Shown here: in pieces, positions 9,241 to 18,527 of the stretch
Layout of the letters: every line of letters starts with the position of its first letter
Numbering within the stretch: position 1 is the first letter of the stretch
Assembly (NCBI GenBank): GCA_036505295.1
Contig: DASXTQ010000042.1
Location: 6,769-70,768 of the forward strand
Reading direction: 5' to 3'
Source: Candidatus Eiseniibacteriota bacterium
Lineage (GTDB): Bacteria > Eisenbacteria > RBG-16-71-46 > SZUA-252
DNA length: 64,000 nt
Position numbers and translations under genes: made by a program
The notes under the pieces: generated by a model
Database searches by the model: none
Seen by the model: only the letters and a program-made list of their open reading frames with translations
What the model was told of the DNA's origin: nothing

Positions 9241-9540
9241 CTACGCCGGCACCCCGGCCTTCTTGCGGATCTCCTCGATGCGACGGGCCAGTTCCACATC
9301 CTTGTCGGTGATCCCTCCCTGATCGTGCGTCACGAGGGCGAGCGTGATGTTGGAGTATCGTATGTCGATGTCCGGGTGGTGGTTCGCCAGCTCCGCCAGA
9401 TGCGCCACCGCGTTCACGAACACGATGGCTTCGGGGAAGGAGTCGTGCTTGAACGTCTTCGTGATCGCGCCGTCCTTCACCGTCCAGCCCGGAAGATCAC
9501 GGAGCGCTCGATCCAGCTCGGCCTGGGGCAGCTTGGGCAT
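9241..9540 (-). CDS. phhB: 4a-hydroxytetrahydrobiopterin dehydratase (pterin-4-alpha-carbinolamine dehydratase)
   Basis: Start MPKLPQAEL preceded by AGGAGG. PCD signature ...ELANHHPDIDIRYSNITL. Confidence 0.8.
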   Translation of the reverse strand: MPKLPQAELDRALRDLPGWTVKDGAITKTFKHDSFPEAIVFVNAVAHLAELANHHPDIDIRYSNITLALVTHDQGGITDKDVELARRIEEIRKKAGVPA

Positions 9541-9548
9541 GGTCCCTC

Positions 9549-9836
9549 CTACCAGCGACCCAGGAGACCGGGGTCGGGCATCATTTCCGGGGTCCACTGC
9601 TCGGCCAGGATCTCCACATCCGAGGCCTTCCCCGTCACGGTGCTGACGACTTCCTTCACTTGCTGGATGATCTGGGGAGCGTAGGGGCAGAACGGCGTCG
9701 TCAGCAACATGCGAACCACGAGCGGCTCGGCCGTCTGGTCGATCTCCCGCACCAGCCCCAGCTCGATGATGCTCAGGTTGATCTCTGGATCCATAACCTG
9801 CTCCAAGGCAGTCTTGATTTCCTCTTCGGTCGCCAT
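9549..9836 (-). CDS. sufT: DUF59/MIP18-family Fe-S cluster assembly protein (SufT-like)
   Basis: 95 aa. Conserved TTPFCPYAPQI motif of DUF59/SufT family. Confidence 0.75.
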   Translation of the reverse strand: MATEEEIKTALEQVMDPEINLSIIELGLVREIDQTAEPLVVRMLLTTPFCPYAPQIIQQVKEVVSTVTGKASDVEILAEQWTPEMMPDPGLLGRW

Positions 9837-9871
9837 CAGTTCCTCGCCGGTTGCGGGCCCTCCGGCCCTGG

Positions 9872-10195
9872 CTAGTCCGGAAGCCCGATGAAGAGCTCGT
9901 TTCCTTCCACGCGCACCGGATAGGACTCGACCGGCGTGACCGCGGGAAGCGTGAGCGCGTCTCCCGTCTTGATATTGAATCGCGCGCCGTGACGGGGGCA
10001 GATCACCTGGTCCTCCTCGATCTCTCCCTCTGCGAGAGGCCCGCCGTCGTGCGTGCAGATGTCCTCGATGGCGTAAAAGCCATCCTCGAGCCGGAAGACG
10101 GCGATCTTCCGGTCCTCGACGTCGAAGACCTCCGCGCGCCCGCCGGGTATGTCGCTCGCCTTTCCCACGCGCACGTAACGCGCCGTCCCGGTCAT
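9872..10195 (-). CDS. Rieske [2Fe-2S] domain protein (non-haem iron-sulfur ferredoxin-like)
   Basis: CTHDGGPL...CPRHGARF Rieske ligand boxes. Start taken at MTGTARYVRV, immediately after the sufU stop. Confidence 0.8.
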   Translation of the reverse strand: MTGTARYVRVGKASDIPGGRAEVFDVEDRKIAVFRLEDGFYAIEDICTHDGGPLAEGEIEEDQVICPRHGARFNIKTGDALTLPAVTPVESYPVRVEGNELFIGLPD

Positions 10196-10197
10196 CC

Positions 10198-10596
10198 CTA
10201 GTCTTCCTCGCCGGGCCAATTCTGCTGTACGCCGTAGACGCCCACCTTGAGCGTCTTCAGCGCGAGGAGTGCGCATTTGAGCCGGACGGGACCCAACTCG
10301 ATTCCAAGCATATCTAAAACGTCGTCCCGATTGATCAGTTTTACCTCGTCGAGCGTTTTTCCCTCGATCGCCTCCGTCAGCATGGAAGCGGCCGCGCGGC
10401 TGATCGAGCAGCCTTTGCCGCTGAACCGGACCGCATCGACCTTGTCGTCCTTGATCTTGAGATCGATCCGGATCTCGTCACCGCAGAGGGGATTTGCATC
10501 CTGGGCGGTGATATCCGGCTTCTCGAGGGTGCCCCAATTGCGTGGATTCTGGTAATGGTCGAGGATGGTCTCTCGGTAAAAGTCGTCGAGGCTCAT
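10198..10596 (-). CDS. sufU: SUF-system Fe-S cluster scaffold SufU (NifU/IscU-like)
   Basis: NPLCGDE...GCSIS...LKCALLAL conserved Cys ligands. Confidence 0.85.
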   Translation of the reverse strand: MSLDDFYRETILDHYQNPRNWGTLEKPDITAQDANPLCGDEIRIDLKIKDDKVDAVRFSGKGCSISRAAASMLTEAIEGKTLDEVKLINRDDVLDMLGIELGPVRLKCALLALKTLKVGVYGVQQNWPGEED

Positions 10597-11840
10597 CGGT
10601 GAAAGACTTGCTTCGCCTTCCGGACCCCTTCCACCAGGACCTCGATGTCGCAGGGCAGATTGTACACGTAGAAGCTGGCCCTCGTCGTCGCCGCCACACC
10701 GAGCTTCGCGTGGAGCGGCATGGCGCAGTGATGTCCGGCGCGCACGGCGACCCCCTCGTGATCCAGGACGGTCGCCACGTCGTGCGCGTGGATGTCGTCC
10801 AGAGTGAACGCGACGATGCCCCCTCGCTCAGCGGCGGGGGGGCCATAGATCGTCACGCCCGGAATCTCCCCCAGGGCCCGCATCGTCTCCGTGACCAGCC
10901 CGCGCGAGTGTTCCGCGATCGCGTCGAATCCGATCTTCTCGATGTAATCGATCGCGGTCCCGAACGCAATCGTGTCCGCGATGTTCATCGTGCCGGCCTC
11001 GAACTTCCAGGGGACCTCGTTCCACGTGGATCCCTCGAGCTTCACCTCGCGGATCATCTCACCGCCGCCCAGGAAGGGAGGCATGGATTCCAAATGTTCG
11101 CGCTTGCCGTAGAGCGCGCCGGTCCCGGTGGGGCCGAGCATCTTGTGCGCGGAGAACGCGAGAAAGTCGCAATCGAGCTGTCGCACGTCCACGCCGAGGT
11201 GCGGGAGGCTCTGGGCCGCGTCCACGAACACGAGCGCGCCTCGGGCGTGCGCCCTTCGGGCGATCTCGGCGACCGGGTTCACCGTGCCGAGCACGTTGGA
11301 CATGTGGGTGAGGGAGACGATCTTGACCGGGCCCTCGAGCAGCCGGTCGAGCCCGCTCAGGTCCAGCTTCCCCCTGGCATCGAATGGGATGTACCGAATC
11401 GCCGCGCCGCGCTCCTGGGCGAGCATCTGCCACGGAACAAGATTCGAGTGATGCTCCATCTCGGTGAGCACGATGACGTCGCCCGGGCCCACGTTCTTCC
11501 GGCCCCATGCGTTTGAGACCAGATTCACCGATTCCGTGGTGCCGCGGGTAAAGACGATCTCGTGCGAGGAGCGCGCATGAAGGATTCGCGCCACCTTCTC
11601 GCGGACCTCTTCGTATCGCGCGGTGGCCTCCTCGGCGATCGCGTAGACGCCCCGATGGATGTTGGCGTTATAGGTGCGGTAATAGTGCGCCAGGGCTTCG
11701 ATCACGGCGACAGGCTTTTGGGTCGTCGCCGTGCTGTCGAGGTAGATCAGCGGCTTCCCGTGAGCCTTCTGCTGGAAGATCGGGAAGTCGTTGCGGATCG
11801 CGGCGAAGTCCACGCGCCGCTCGGGGGCCAAGACCCTCAC
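10593..11840 (-). CDS. sufS: Cysteine desulfurase SufS (class V aminotransferase)
   Basis: 415 aa. PLP-dependent cysteine desulfurase family with SufS-type motifs (SAHKMLGPTG; C-terminal HHCAMP). Confidence 0.9.
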   Translation of the reverse strand: MRVLAPERRVDFAAIRNDFPIFQQKAHGKPLIYLDSTATTQKPVAVIEALAHYYRTYNANIHRGVYAIAEEATARYEEVREKVARILHARSSHEIVFTRGTTESVNLVSNAWGRKNVGPGDVIVLTEMEHHSNLVPWQMLAQERGAAIRYIPFDARGKLDLSGLDRLLEGPVKIVSLTHMSNVLGTVNPVAEIARRAHARGALVFVDAAQSLPHLGVDVRQLDCDFLAFSAHKMLGPTGTGALYGKREHLESMPPFLGGGEMIREVKLEGSTWNEVPWKFEAGTMNIADTIAFGTAIDYIEKIGFDAIAEHSRGLVTETMRALGEIPGVTIYGPPAAERGGIVAFTLDDIHAHDVATVLDHEGVAVRAGHHCAMPLHAKLGVAATTRASFYVYNLPCDIEVLVEGVRKAKQVFHR

Positions 11841-11841
11841 G

Positions 11842-13233
11842 TCACGCCGCGGCCTTCCGCTCCACGGCGGCGGTCACGGTCGTGCGGAGCGATTCGGCCG
11901 GAATCCTCTCGAGCACAGGTTCGAAGAACCCCTGGATGATCATCCGTTCCGCCTCCGGCCGCGGGAGGCCCCTCGACCTCAGATAGAAGAGCTGGTCCTC
12001 GTCGACCTGGCCGACGGTGGCCCCGTGCGTACATCGAACGTCGTTTGCCTCGATTTCCAGGCTCGGGATCGAGTCCGCACGCGCTCTCTCGGAGAGAAGG
12101 AGATTCCGGTTCGCCTGGTAGGCGTCCGAGCGCTGGGCATCCTTGTGCACCTTGATCAGGCCCTGGTAGACCATCCGCGCGCGGTCGCGAAGCGCGCCCT
12201 TGAACAGGAGGTCGCTGACCGAGTGACCGACGTTGTGGTTCTGGAAGGTGTGGAAATCGAAGTGCTGCGTCCCATTCCCGAAGTAGCAGCCGGAGAACTT
12301 GGCCTCGGTCCCCTCGCCGTCGAGGTGCATCTCCAGATCCAGCTTGGTGAGCTTTCCGCCCAGCGCGGTGTAGGTCCAATGGAACCGCGCGTCGCGCGCG
12401 ATCCGTACGCGCTCCGTGCCGAAGTGATGGATGTTGCCACCCCAGCGCTGGAAGGTGGCGAGATGGAGGCTCGCGGATTGCCCCACCGTGACCTCGGTCG
12501 CGCCGACGTTCACGCCCGCCCCCGGCTCGCCGTGCGAGACGTACTCCTCGATGACCGCCGCTTCGGACCCGTTCCCCATTGCGATGACCACGTGCGGGAA
12601 CGTCCCGAGCTCGGGCGTCTCGCGGGTGAAGAGAAGCTGGATCGGACGCGGAACCTTGACCCCATCCGGCACGTAAAGAAACGCTCCGCCGCTCTCCAGA
12701 GCGGCCGCGAGCCCCGTGAAGCGGTTCTCGTCGAAGCGGACCGTCCGTCCGAGGAAGCGCTCCACGAGCGCGGGGTGCGCGCGCGCGGCATCCCGGATCG
12801 GCATCAGGACGACGCCGAGCTTCGCAAGCTCCGGCTCCCGGTCGATCAGAATCGCATTCGAGTCGAGCTGGACGAGGAGCGCCGAGCGCTCCTCCGGCGG
12901 CCCGATCTCGGCGCGGACCGCCGCGGGAAGCGCGCTCGTAGAAGCGACGGCGGGGTGCGGCTCCCGCACCGCGAGGATCGACTCCCATTTGAAGGAGCTG
13001 ATGTCGGTCCGCCGCCACAGCTCTTCGGTGCGTGCGGGAAACGGCGTCTTCTCGCAGTACGCCCACGCCGCCGCACGGCGCCGCGCCAGAAATTCAGGCT
13101 CCTCGGCCCGCTTCGAGAGCGAGGCGATCTCGCCTGGGTTCAAAGCGCCGACGCGAACCGAGTCGAGCGTCCGCGGAGGCGCCAGGGTGTCGGATGGATT
13201 CACGCTTGATTCTCCATGGGTTCGGGCTGCCAT
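11842..13233 (-). CDS. sufD: Fe-S cluster assembly protein SufD
   Basis: 463 aa SufB/SufD-fold protein located between sufB and sufS. Confidence 0.8.
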   Translation of the reverse strand: MAARTHGESSVNPSDTLAPPRTLDSVRVGALNPGEIASLSKRAEEPEFLARRRAAAWAYCEKTPFPARTEELWRRTDISSFKWESILAVREPHPAVASTSALPAAVRAEIGPPEERSALLVQLDSNAILIDREPELAKLGVVLMPIRDAARAHPALVERFLGRTVRFDENRFTGLAAALESGGAFLYVPDGVKVPRPIQLLFTRETPELGTFPHVVIAMGNGSEAAVIEEYVSHGEPGAGVNVGATEVTVGQSASLHLATFQRWGGNIHHFGTERVRIARDARFHWTYTALGGKLTKLDLEMHLDGEGTEAKFSGCYFGNGTQHFDFHTFQNHNVGHSVSDLLFKGALRDRARMVYQGLIKVHKDAQRSDAYQANRNLLLSERARADSIPSLEIEANDVRCTHGATVGQVDEDQLFYLRSRGLPRPEAERMIIQGFFEPVLERIPAESLRTTVTAAVERKAAA

Positions 13234-13246
13234 TGAACGGGAGCGG

Positions 13247-14662
13247 TCAGCCGACCGATCCCTCCATTTGGAGTTGGATGAGACGGTTCATCTCGACCGC
13301 GTACTCCATGGGCAGCTCCTTCGTGATCGGTTCGATGAACCCGTTCACGATCATGGCGGATGCTTCCGCCTCCGGGATGCCGCGGCTCATGAGGTAAAAG
13401 ATCTGCTCGTCGCCGATCTTCGAGACCGTCGCCTCGTGTCCGATCGTGACCTGATCCTCCTCGATTTCCATGTACGGATAGGTGTCCGACCGGGAATGCT
13501 CGTCCAGAAGGAGCGCGTCGCAGCGAACGGTGGACTTGCTGCCCTTGGCCCCCTTCGCGACCTTGATGAGCCCGCGGTAGCCCGCGCGGCCGCCGTCCTT
13601 GCTGATCGACTTGGACACGACGCTCGAGGTGGTGTTCGGCGCGGCGTGGACCGCCTTGCCGCCGGCGTCCTGGTGCTGGCCCTTGCCGGCGAACGCGATC
13701 GAAAGGATCTCCGCGTGCGCGCCCGGCTCCATAAGGTAGACGCTCGGATATTTCATCGTGAGCTTGGACCCGAGGTTCGCGTCCACCCACTCCATCCGTG
13801 CGTTGCCGTAGGCCATGGCACGCTTGGTGACCAGGTTGTACACGTTGTTCGACCAGTTCTGGATCGTGGTGTAGCGGCAGTAGGCGCCGCGCTTCACGAT
13901 GATCTCGACCACAGCCGAGTGAAGCGAATCGCTCGCGTAGGTCGGAGCCGTGCAGCCCTCGACGTAATGCACCGAGGCGCCCTCGTCCACGATGATGAGG
14001 GTCCGCTCGAACTGACCCATGTCCTTCGCGTTGATCCGGAAGTACGCCTGAAGCGGGAGATCCACCTTCACGCCCTTCGGCACATAGATGAACGAGCCGC
14101 CGCTCCACACCGCGCTGTTCAGCGCGGCGAACTTATTGTCCGAAGGCGGAATGACCGTCCCGAAGTATTCCCGGAAAAGCTCCGGGTGCTCCTTCAGCGC
14201 GGTGCCCGTGTCGAGGAAGATGACGCCCTTCTCCGATAGGCTCGCCTTGATCTTGTGGTAGACCGTCTCGGAGTCGTACTGGGCGCCCACGCCGGAGAGA
14301 AACTTCTGCTCCGCCTCGGGAATGCCCAGACGATCGAAGGTCTTCTTGATGTCGGCCGGGACCTCGTCCCAGGTCTTGCTCTGCTCCTCGGCCGGCTTCA
14401 GGTAGTAATAGATGTTCTGGAAGTCGATCTCCTCGACCTTGCCCCCCCAGCGGGGCAGAGGCTTCTTCTCGAACTGCTCGAGCGCCTTCAGACGAAACTC
14501 CTTCATCCAGGCGGGCTCGTTCTTGATGTCGGAGATCTGCGAGACGACTTCCTTGTCGAGTCCGCGGCGCGTCTTGAAGACGGACTTCTCCTCGTCGTGG
14601 AAGCCGTACTTTTCCTTGTATCCTTCTCGGATATCCAGCGTCGGCTGCTGTGTCGTTGTCAT
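13247..14662 (-). CDS. sufB: Fe-S cluster assembly protein SufB
   Basis: 471 aa. Strongly conserved SufB sequence throughout. Confidence 0.9.
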   Translation of the reverse strand: MTTTQQPTLDIREGYKEKYGFHDEEKSVFKTRRGLDKEVVSQISDIKNEPAWMKEFRLKALEQFEKKPLPRWGGKVEEIDFQNIYYYLKPAEEQSKTWDEVPADIKKTFDRLGIPEAEQKFLSGVGAQYDSETVYHKIKASLSEKGVIFLDTGTALKEHPELFREYFGTVIPPSDNKFAALNSAVWSGGSFIYVPKGVKVDLPLQAYFRINAKDMGQFERTLIIVDEGASVHYVEGCTAPTYASDSLHSAVVEIIVKRGAYCRYTTIQNWSNNVYNLVTKRAMAYGNARMEWVDANLGSKLTMKYPSVYLMEPGAHAEILSIAFAGKGQHQDAGGKAVHAAPNTTSSVVSKSISKDGGRAGYRGLIKVAKGAKGSKSTVRCDALLLDEHSRSDTYPYMEIEEDQVTIGHEATVSKIGDEQIFYLMSRGIPEAEASAMIVNGFIEPITKELPMEYAVEMNRLIQLQMEGSVG

Positions 14663-14680
14663 GGTTGCCTCCCGGCCGCC

Positions 14681-15451
14681 CTAAGCGGCCTGGTCCTCGC
14701 GGATCCAGTCATATCCCTGCTTCTCGAGCTCGAGCGCAAGGTCGGCCCCGCCGGACTTGACGATCCGCCCGTCCACGAGCACGTGGACGAAGTGCGGCTT
14801 AATGTAGTTCAAGATCCTCTGGTAGTGCGTGATCAAGAGCACGCCCAGGTCCGGTCCCGTCAGCGCGTTCACGCCTTCGGAGACGATCCTGAGCGCGTCG
14901 ATGTCGAGTCCCGAATCGGTCTCGTCCAGAATCGCGATCTCGGGCCTTAGCACGGCCATCTGCAAGATTTCCGCGCGCTTCTTCTCACCGCCCGAGAAAC
15001 CGTCGTTCAGGTAACGGCCCGCGAACGACTCGTCCATCCTGAGTAGAGCCATCTTCTCCTTGACGAGCGTCCGGAATTCCTTGGGCGGGATCGGCTTCTC
15101 CTCGCCCAGCTCCTTCCGCCGCACGTTCAGCGCGTTCCGGAGGAAATTCGCGACGCTCACGCCCGGGATGGCCGTCGGGTACTGGAACGCGAGGAAGATG
15201 CCCTTCCGCGCGCGCTCGTCCGGGGAAAGCTCGAGGACGTCCTCGCCCTTGTAGAGGATCGTTCCGTCCGTCACCTCATATTTGGGATTCCCCATCAGCG
15301 CGTTCGCGAGCGTGCTCTTGCCCGATCCGTTCGGTCCCATCAGGGCGTGGATCTCACCCTTGTTCACGGCCAAGGAAAGGCCCTTCAATATGGGCTTCCC
15401 GTCGATCGAGATGTGCAGATTTCGAATCTCCAGCGTCGGTGTAGCGCTCAT
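14681..15451 (-). CDS. sufC: Fe-S cluster assembly ATPase SufC
   Basis: Start at [12 protein letters not shown] with AAGGAGA RBS. ABC ATPase with Walker [10 protein letters not shown] and ABC signature. Confidence 0.9.
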   Translation of the reverse strand: MSATPTLEIRNLHISIDGKPILKGLSLAVNKGEIHALMGPNGSGKSTLANALMGNPKYEVTDGTILYKGEDVLELSPDERARKGIFLAFQYPTAIPGVSVANFLRNALNVRRKELGEEKPIPPKEFRTLVKEKMALLRMDESFAGRYLNDGFSGGEKKRAEILQMAVLRPEIAILDETDSGLDIDALRIVSEGVNALTGPDLGVLLITHYQRILNYIKPHFVHVLVDGRIVKSGGADLALELEKQGYDWIREDQAA

Positions 15452-15474
15452 GTTCTCCTTCCGTGTGTTCTGGC

Positions 15475-15867
15475 CTAAAGTGTGAAGCTGTCCCCGCATC
15501 CGCACGTCTTCTTGACGCGCGGGTTCTTGAACTGGATCCCGGTCCCTAAGAGCCCGCGTTGGTAGTCGATCTCCGTCCCCGCGAGAACATCCAGCGAGCG
15601 CGGATCCACATAAACGGTCAAGTCCTCGTATTCGAGCACGGTGTCGCTGCCGCGACGTTCCGTCGTGAAACCAAGAAAGTAGCTGTACCCAGAGCAACCC
15701 CCCGCCTTGACCCCGATGCGAAGCGCCTGCCCTTCCTTGCCTTCGTTCCCGCGGATACGCTTCACGTAGTCCACGGCGGCAGGCGTGAGGGAGATGGAGC
15801 TCGTCCCCTGGGGTTCGCGGGTCTCGGTCTCCGTCGTGCGAATGTCGTTTGTTGGCTCTTCGCTCAT
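15475..15867 (-). CDS. sufA: A-type Fe-S carrier (HesB/IscA/SufA family)
   Basis: Conserved C-x(n)-CGCG ligand pattern (GGCSGYSY ... KTCGCGDSF). Confidence 0.85.
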   Translation of the reverse strand: MSEEPTNDIRTTETETREPQGTSSISLTPAAVDYVKRIRGNEGKEGQALRIGVKAGGCSGYSYFLGFTTERRGSDTVLEYEDLTVYVDPRSLDVLAGTEIDYQRGLLGTGIQFKNPRVKKTCGCGDSFTL

Positions 15868-16397
15868 GGGTTCTCCGGCGCGATGTGGAGCACGATCCTA
15901 TCGGATCGGCCCGGGTCGGTGTGGAAGCCCGCGACGAGCGCCGGCTCCTCCTTCATGCCATGATCCTCGGGGCAATGCGGGCAGTCCTGCTGCGTCGTTC
16001 GCGGCGGCCGGCATGCTTGGCAGGTACGCAGATACTCGAGCGTTCCTTCCAGCTCGCGCGCGAGCGTCTCGTACCGGATGATCGCCTGGCGCGTCTCCGT
16101 GAGCTTCTCCTGGAACGTTTCGCGCACGACGGCCATCGCCTCGGGGCCGTACCGGCTCCCGTGCCAGGCCTTGAGCAGGCCTTGAATCTGATGGAGCGAA
16201 AGCCCCGTTTCTTGGAGGAGCTCGATCCACCGGATTCGCGTGATGGCGGACTCGTCGTAGAGCCGAAATCCCCCGTTGCTGCGCGCAACCGGATGGAGCA
16301 GGTCGAGCTCCTCGTAGAGCCTGAGCGCCCGGACCGACTTGCCGGTCTGCCTTGCCAAGTCGCCAACCTTGAGGTGTTTTGAAACGACCGCTGCCAT
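15864..16397 (-). CDS. MerR-family transcriptional regulator with C-terminal Cys-rich cluster (C-x2-C-x10-C-x-H-C)
   Basis: N-terminal MerR HTH ([26 protein letters not shown]). Start at M7 (MAAVVSK) with GGGAGGG RBS. The first in-frame ATG at 16415 lies upstream of the predicted transcription start. Confidence 0.75.
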   Translation of the reverse strand: MAAVVSKHLKVGDLARQTGKSVRALRLYEELDLLHPVARSNGGFRLYDESAITRIRWIELLQETGLSLHQIQGLLKAWHGSRYGPEAMAVVRETFQEKLTETRQAIIRYETLARELEGTLEYLRTCQACRPPRTTQQDCPHCPEDHGMKEEPALVAGFHTDPGRSDRIVLHIAPENP

Positions 16398-16419
16398 ACG
16401 ATCCCTCCCGTACATCTAC

Positions 16420-16450
16420 ATCTTACCCTTACGCGAAGGTTAGAGTCTAA
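16420..16450 (-). promoter_or_regulatory. MerR-type sigma70 promoter: -35 TTAGAC, 19-bp spacer carrying dyad CCTTCGCGTAAGG, -10 TAAGAT
   Basis: Read on minus strand. The 19-bp spacer is the hallmark of MerR-regulated promoters. Positioned about 7 nt before the merR RBS. Confidence 0.55.
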
Positions 16451-16666
16451 CTAAAATTTCGGCCGGGGAGCCTCGGGTGTTGAGCTGATTCAAAGGTTGG
16501 CGAGTGTCTGGGATAACTTGTTTATACGTATTAAGTTAGATGTTTCATTCCCGCATTCGGTTCATGCCGCTGGCCGCGACGGATGCCAACACAACCGGGG
16601 GTCACCGCAGTAGGCTCGGTGGTGTATATTGATGTGAGCCGGAGTCCATCCTTTCTGGAGGTTTTC

Positions 16667-17044
16667 ATGAAGCTGATCCAGGGCGCGCTGCTAGCCATCT
16701 TGATCCTCGTGCTCGGTGTTACAGCACTTTCTTGCAAGAAGAAGTCGAACCCCGTGGCACCCGGCGGTGGGGCCGACGTGACGATCGACATCGTCGCGGA
16801 CATGAACGCCGGGGCGTTCGGCGGCAAGCGTACCGTCGCCGTGGGCAAGACAGTTGCCTGGCGGAACACCCGCGGCACGACGCATACGTCCACCTCTGAA
16901 GGTGGCCCAGCAGGCGGCCAGTGGGACACCCAAGGGATCAGCCCAAGCGCCACGAGCGCGCCCATCCAAATGAACACGGTCGGAACGTACCCGTACGAGT
17001 GCACCATCCACCCGAGCATGAAAGACACGCTCGTGGTCCAGTAG
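16667..17044 (+). CDS. Cupredoxin-fold (plastocyanin/azurin-like) blue-copper lipoprotein
   Basis: GGAGG RBS. Lipoprotein signal (LGVTALSCKKK). C-terminal copper-ligand motif YPYECTIHPSMKD (Cys-x2-His-x2-Met) with upstream His. Confidence 0.7.
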   Translation: MKLIQGALLAILILVLGVTALSCKKKSNPVAPGGGADVTIDIVADMNAGAFGGKRTVAVGKTVAWRNTRGTTHTSTSEGGPAGGQWDTQGISPSATSAPIQMNTVGTYPYECTIHPSMKDTLVVQ

Positions 17045-17045
17045 G

Positions 17046-18527
17046 CTAGCGCGACCGGCCGGGTTTTCGTTTTGGTCGATGTGGCCGAGGGCCCGCGGAG
17101 CGGGGCCCGGTCTCGACAGTCGTCCAGCGCAGGAAGGGCAGGAGCCGGTGCACGCCGCCATGCGTCCCCACCAGGGATGGACTTTGGAGGGCTCCCAGGG
17201 GCGCGATGCGCGGAACCCCCATCGCCGCCAGGGCGGCGGCTAGGGCAGTCCTCTCCCGGCCCTTTGCCTCGAGCCCGATCGCCTCGATGAAGCGCGCGGC
17301 CGGCGCAAGCGCCGCCTCGACCTCCTCCACCCCGTCCACGGCATGGACGCGCACCGTGCGATACGAGGGGGTGGGCTCGAAGCGCGCGCCGTCCTCGTAG
17401 ACCAGCGTCCAGTCGGTCCCCTCGCTCGAGGCTAGAACCTGCGTGCCTCGACTTCCCGTCGCCTCCTCGAAATGCGCCTGCGCACGATAGAGCTGCACGC
17501 GCGCGGCTTGGCTCGCTTCGGGCTCGCTTCGGGGCAGTCCGTCGCGGAGCGACTCGAGCGCCCCGCCCAGAGCCGACGCGAACGCCGCGGGCCCGACGTC
17601 CCCACCGCGCTCGACGTAGAACGCGTGCGGCGAGAGGCAGCCCTGCTGATCGTAGAGCGCGACGTCGAACGCGGCCCGCGCGGCGAGGCTCCCCAGACCC
17701 GCGCGCGTGAGCGACGCACTGGAGATGTACGCGACGCTGACCTTCGAGCCGTGGATCACGACCTTGGCGTCCGGGCGCGTCTCCCGGGCGATGCTCATCG
17801 TCGAGTTCTCTCCTCCGAACGCGAGCACCGCGGGCGCACGCCGGACAGCCGCGCGATCGAGCTCGATGGTTCCCCCCTTCCACCACGCGACGACAATGCA
17901 GGCGCCGAGGTCTTCGTCCTCCTCGGCGATCGTCCTCGCGAGGAGCGGTGCTATGACCGGCTCCTGCGAGGAGGCCTTCGCGAAGAGCGCCGACTTCATG
18001 GCGAGCGCCGAGTAGAAGGGCCAAACCGGGAGTCCGGGCACGTTCCCCGCGTAGATCTGGAGCATCCACTCGGGACCACACGCCTGGCGCGGGATCCCTT
18101 TCCGATCGGGCGTGGGGCGGTCGAGCGCGGCCGCCGATCCCAACTCCGAGGCGACCCAGCGCGACACGCCGCCCGCCGCAAGGGGACCGAAGGTGTCCGT
18201 GAGCGCCCGCTCGATCATCGGGGTCGAGAAACGCCCGGAGCGCGCGAGCCACGCGATGGCGTTCCGGCGCACGGGACTCTGCGGGTCCAGGAACCGCTGC
18301 GCGACGCGCTCGAGCACGCGATGGATCTCGGCCGCGGGCCGGCGCGCAAGACGCTCCGCGCGCGCCGAGCGGATCGCCTCGACCCAGGTCTCGATCGAGG
18401 CCGGGGTGACGGTCGCGAGCCGCAGCTCGATCGCGTCGTGGGGCGGGCCGAACCGTTGGACGCTCGTCTCGGCGTCCCGCTCCACCTCGGGCGGAAGATA
18501 GAAAGCGTCGAAGAGCCCCTGCGTCAT
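17046..18527 (-). CDS. LuxC-like long-chain acyl-CoA reductase (aldehyde-forming)
   Basis: About 494 aa from MTQGLFDAFYLPPE. Resembles the LuxC acyl-CoA reductase family along its length. Start overlaps the upstream LuxE-like stop by 4 bp. Confidence 0.6.
   Translation of the reverse strand: MTQGLFDAFYLPPEVERDAETSVQRFGPPHDAIELRLATVTPASIETWVEAIRSARAERLARRPAAEIHRVLERVAQRFLDPQSPVRRNAIAWLARSGRFSTPMIERALTDTFGPLAAGGVSRWVASELGSAAALDRPTPDRKGIPRQACGPEWMLQIYAGNVPGLPVWPFYSALAMKSALFAKASSQEPVIAPLLARTIAEEDEDLGACIVVAWWKGGTIELDRAAVRRAPAVLAFGGENSTMSIARETRPDAKVVIHGSKVSVAYISSASLTRAGLGSLAARAAFDVALYDQQGCLSPHAFYVERGGDVGPAAFASALGGALESLRDGLPRSEPEASQAARVQLYRAQAHFEEATGSRGTQVLASSEGTDWTLVYEDGARFEPTPSYRTVRVHAVDGVEEVEAALAPAARFIEAIGLEAKGRERTALAAALAAMGVPRIAPLGALQSPSLVGTHGGVHRLLPFLRWTTVETGPRSAGPRPHRPKRKPGRSR

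Noticed and set aside
10542-14239. Long plus-strand ORFs (10542-11516, 11791-13209, 12716-14239, 14255-14950) opposite sufS/sufD/sufB/sufC
   Set aside because: Antisense to strongly conserved suf genes. Translations are Arg/Asp/Val-rich low-complexity sequences without domains.
16736-16760. TGGCAC occurrences inside coding regions (e.g. 16751, 36398, 44791)
   Set aside because: None is followed at the correct N5 spacing by TTGC/GC, and all lie within ORFs. They are chance hexamers, not sigma54 promoters.
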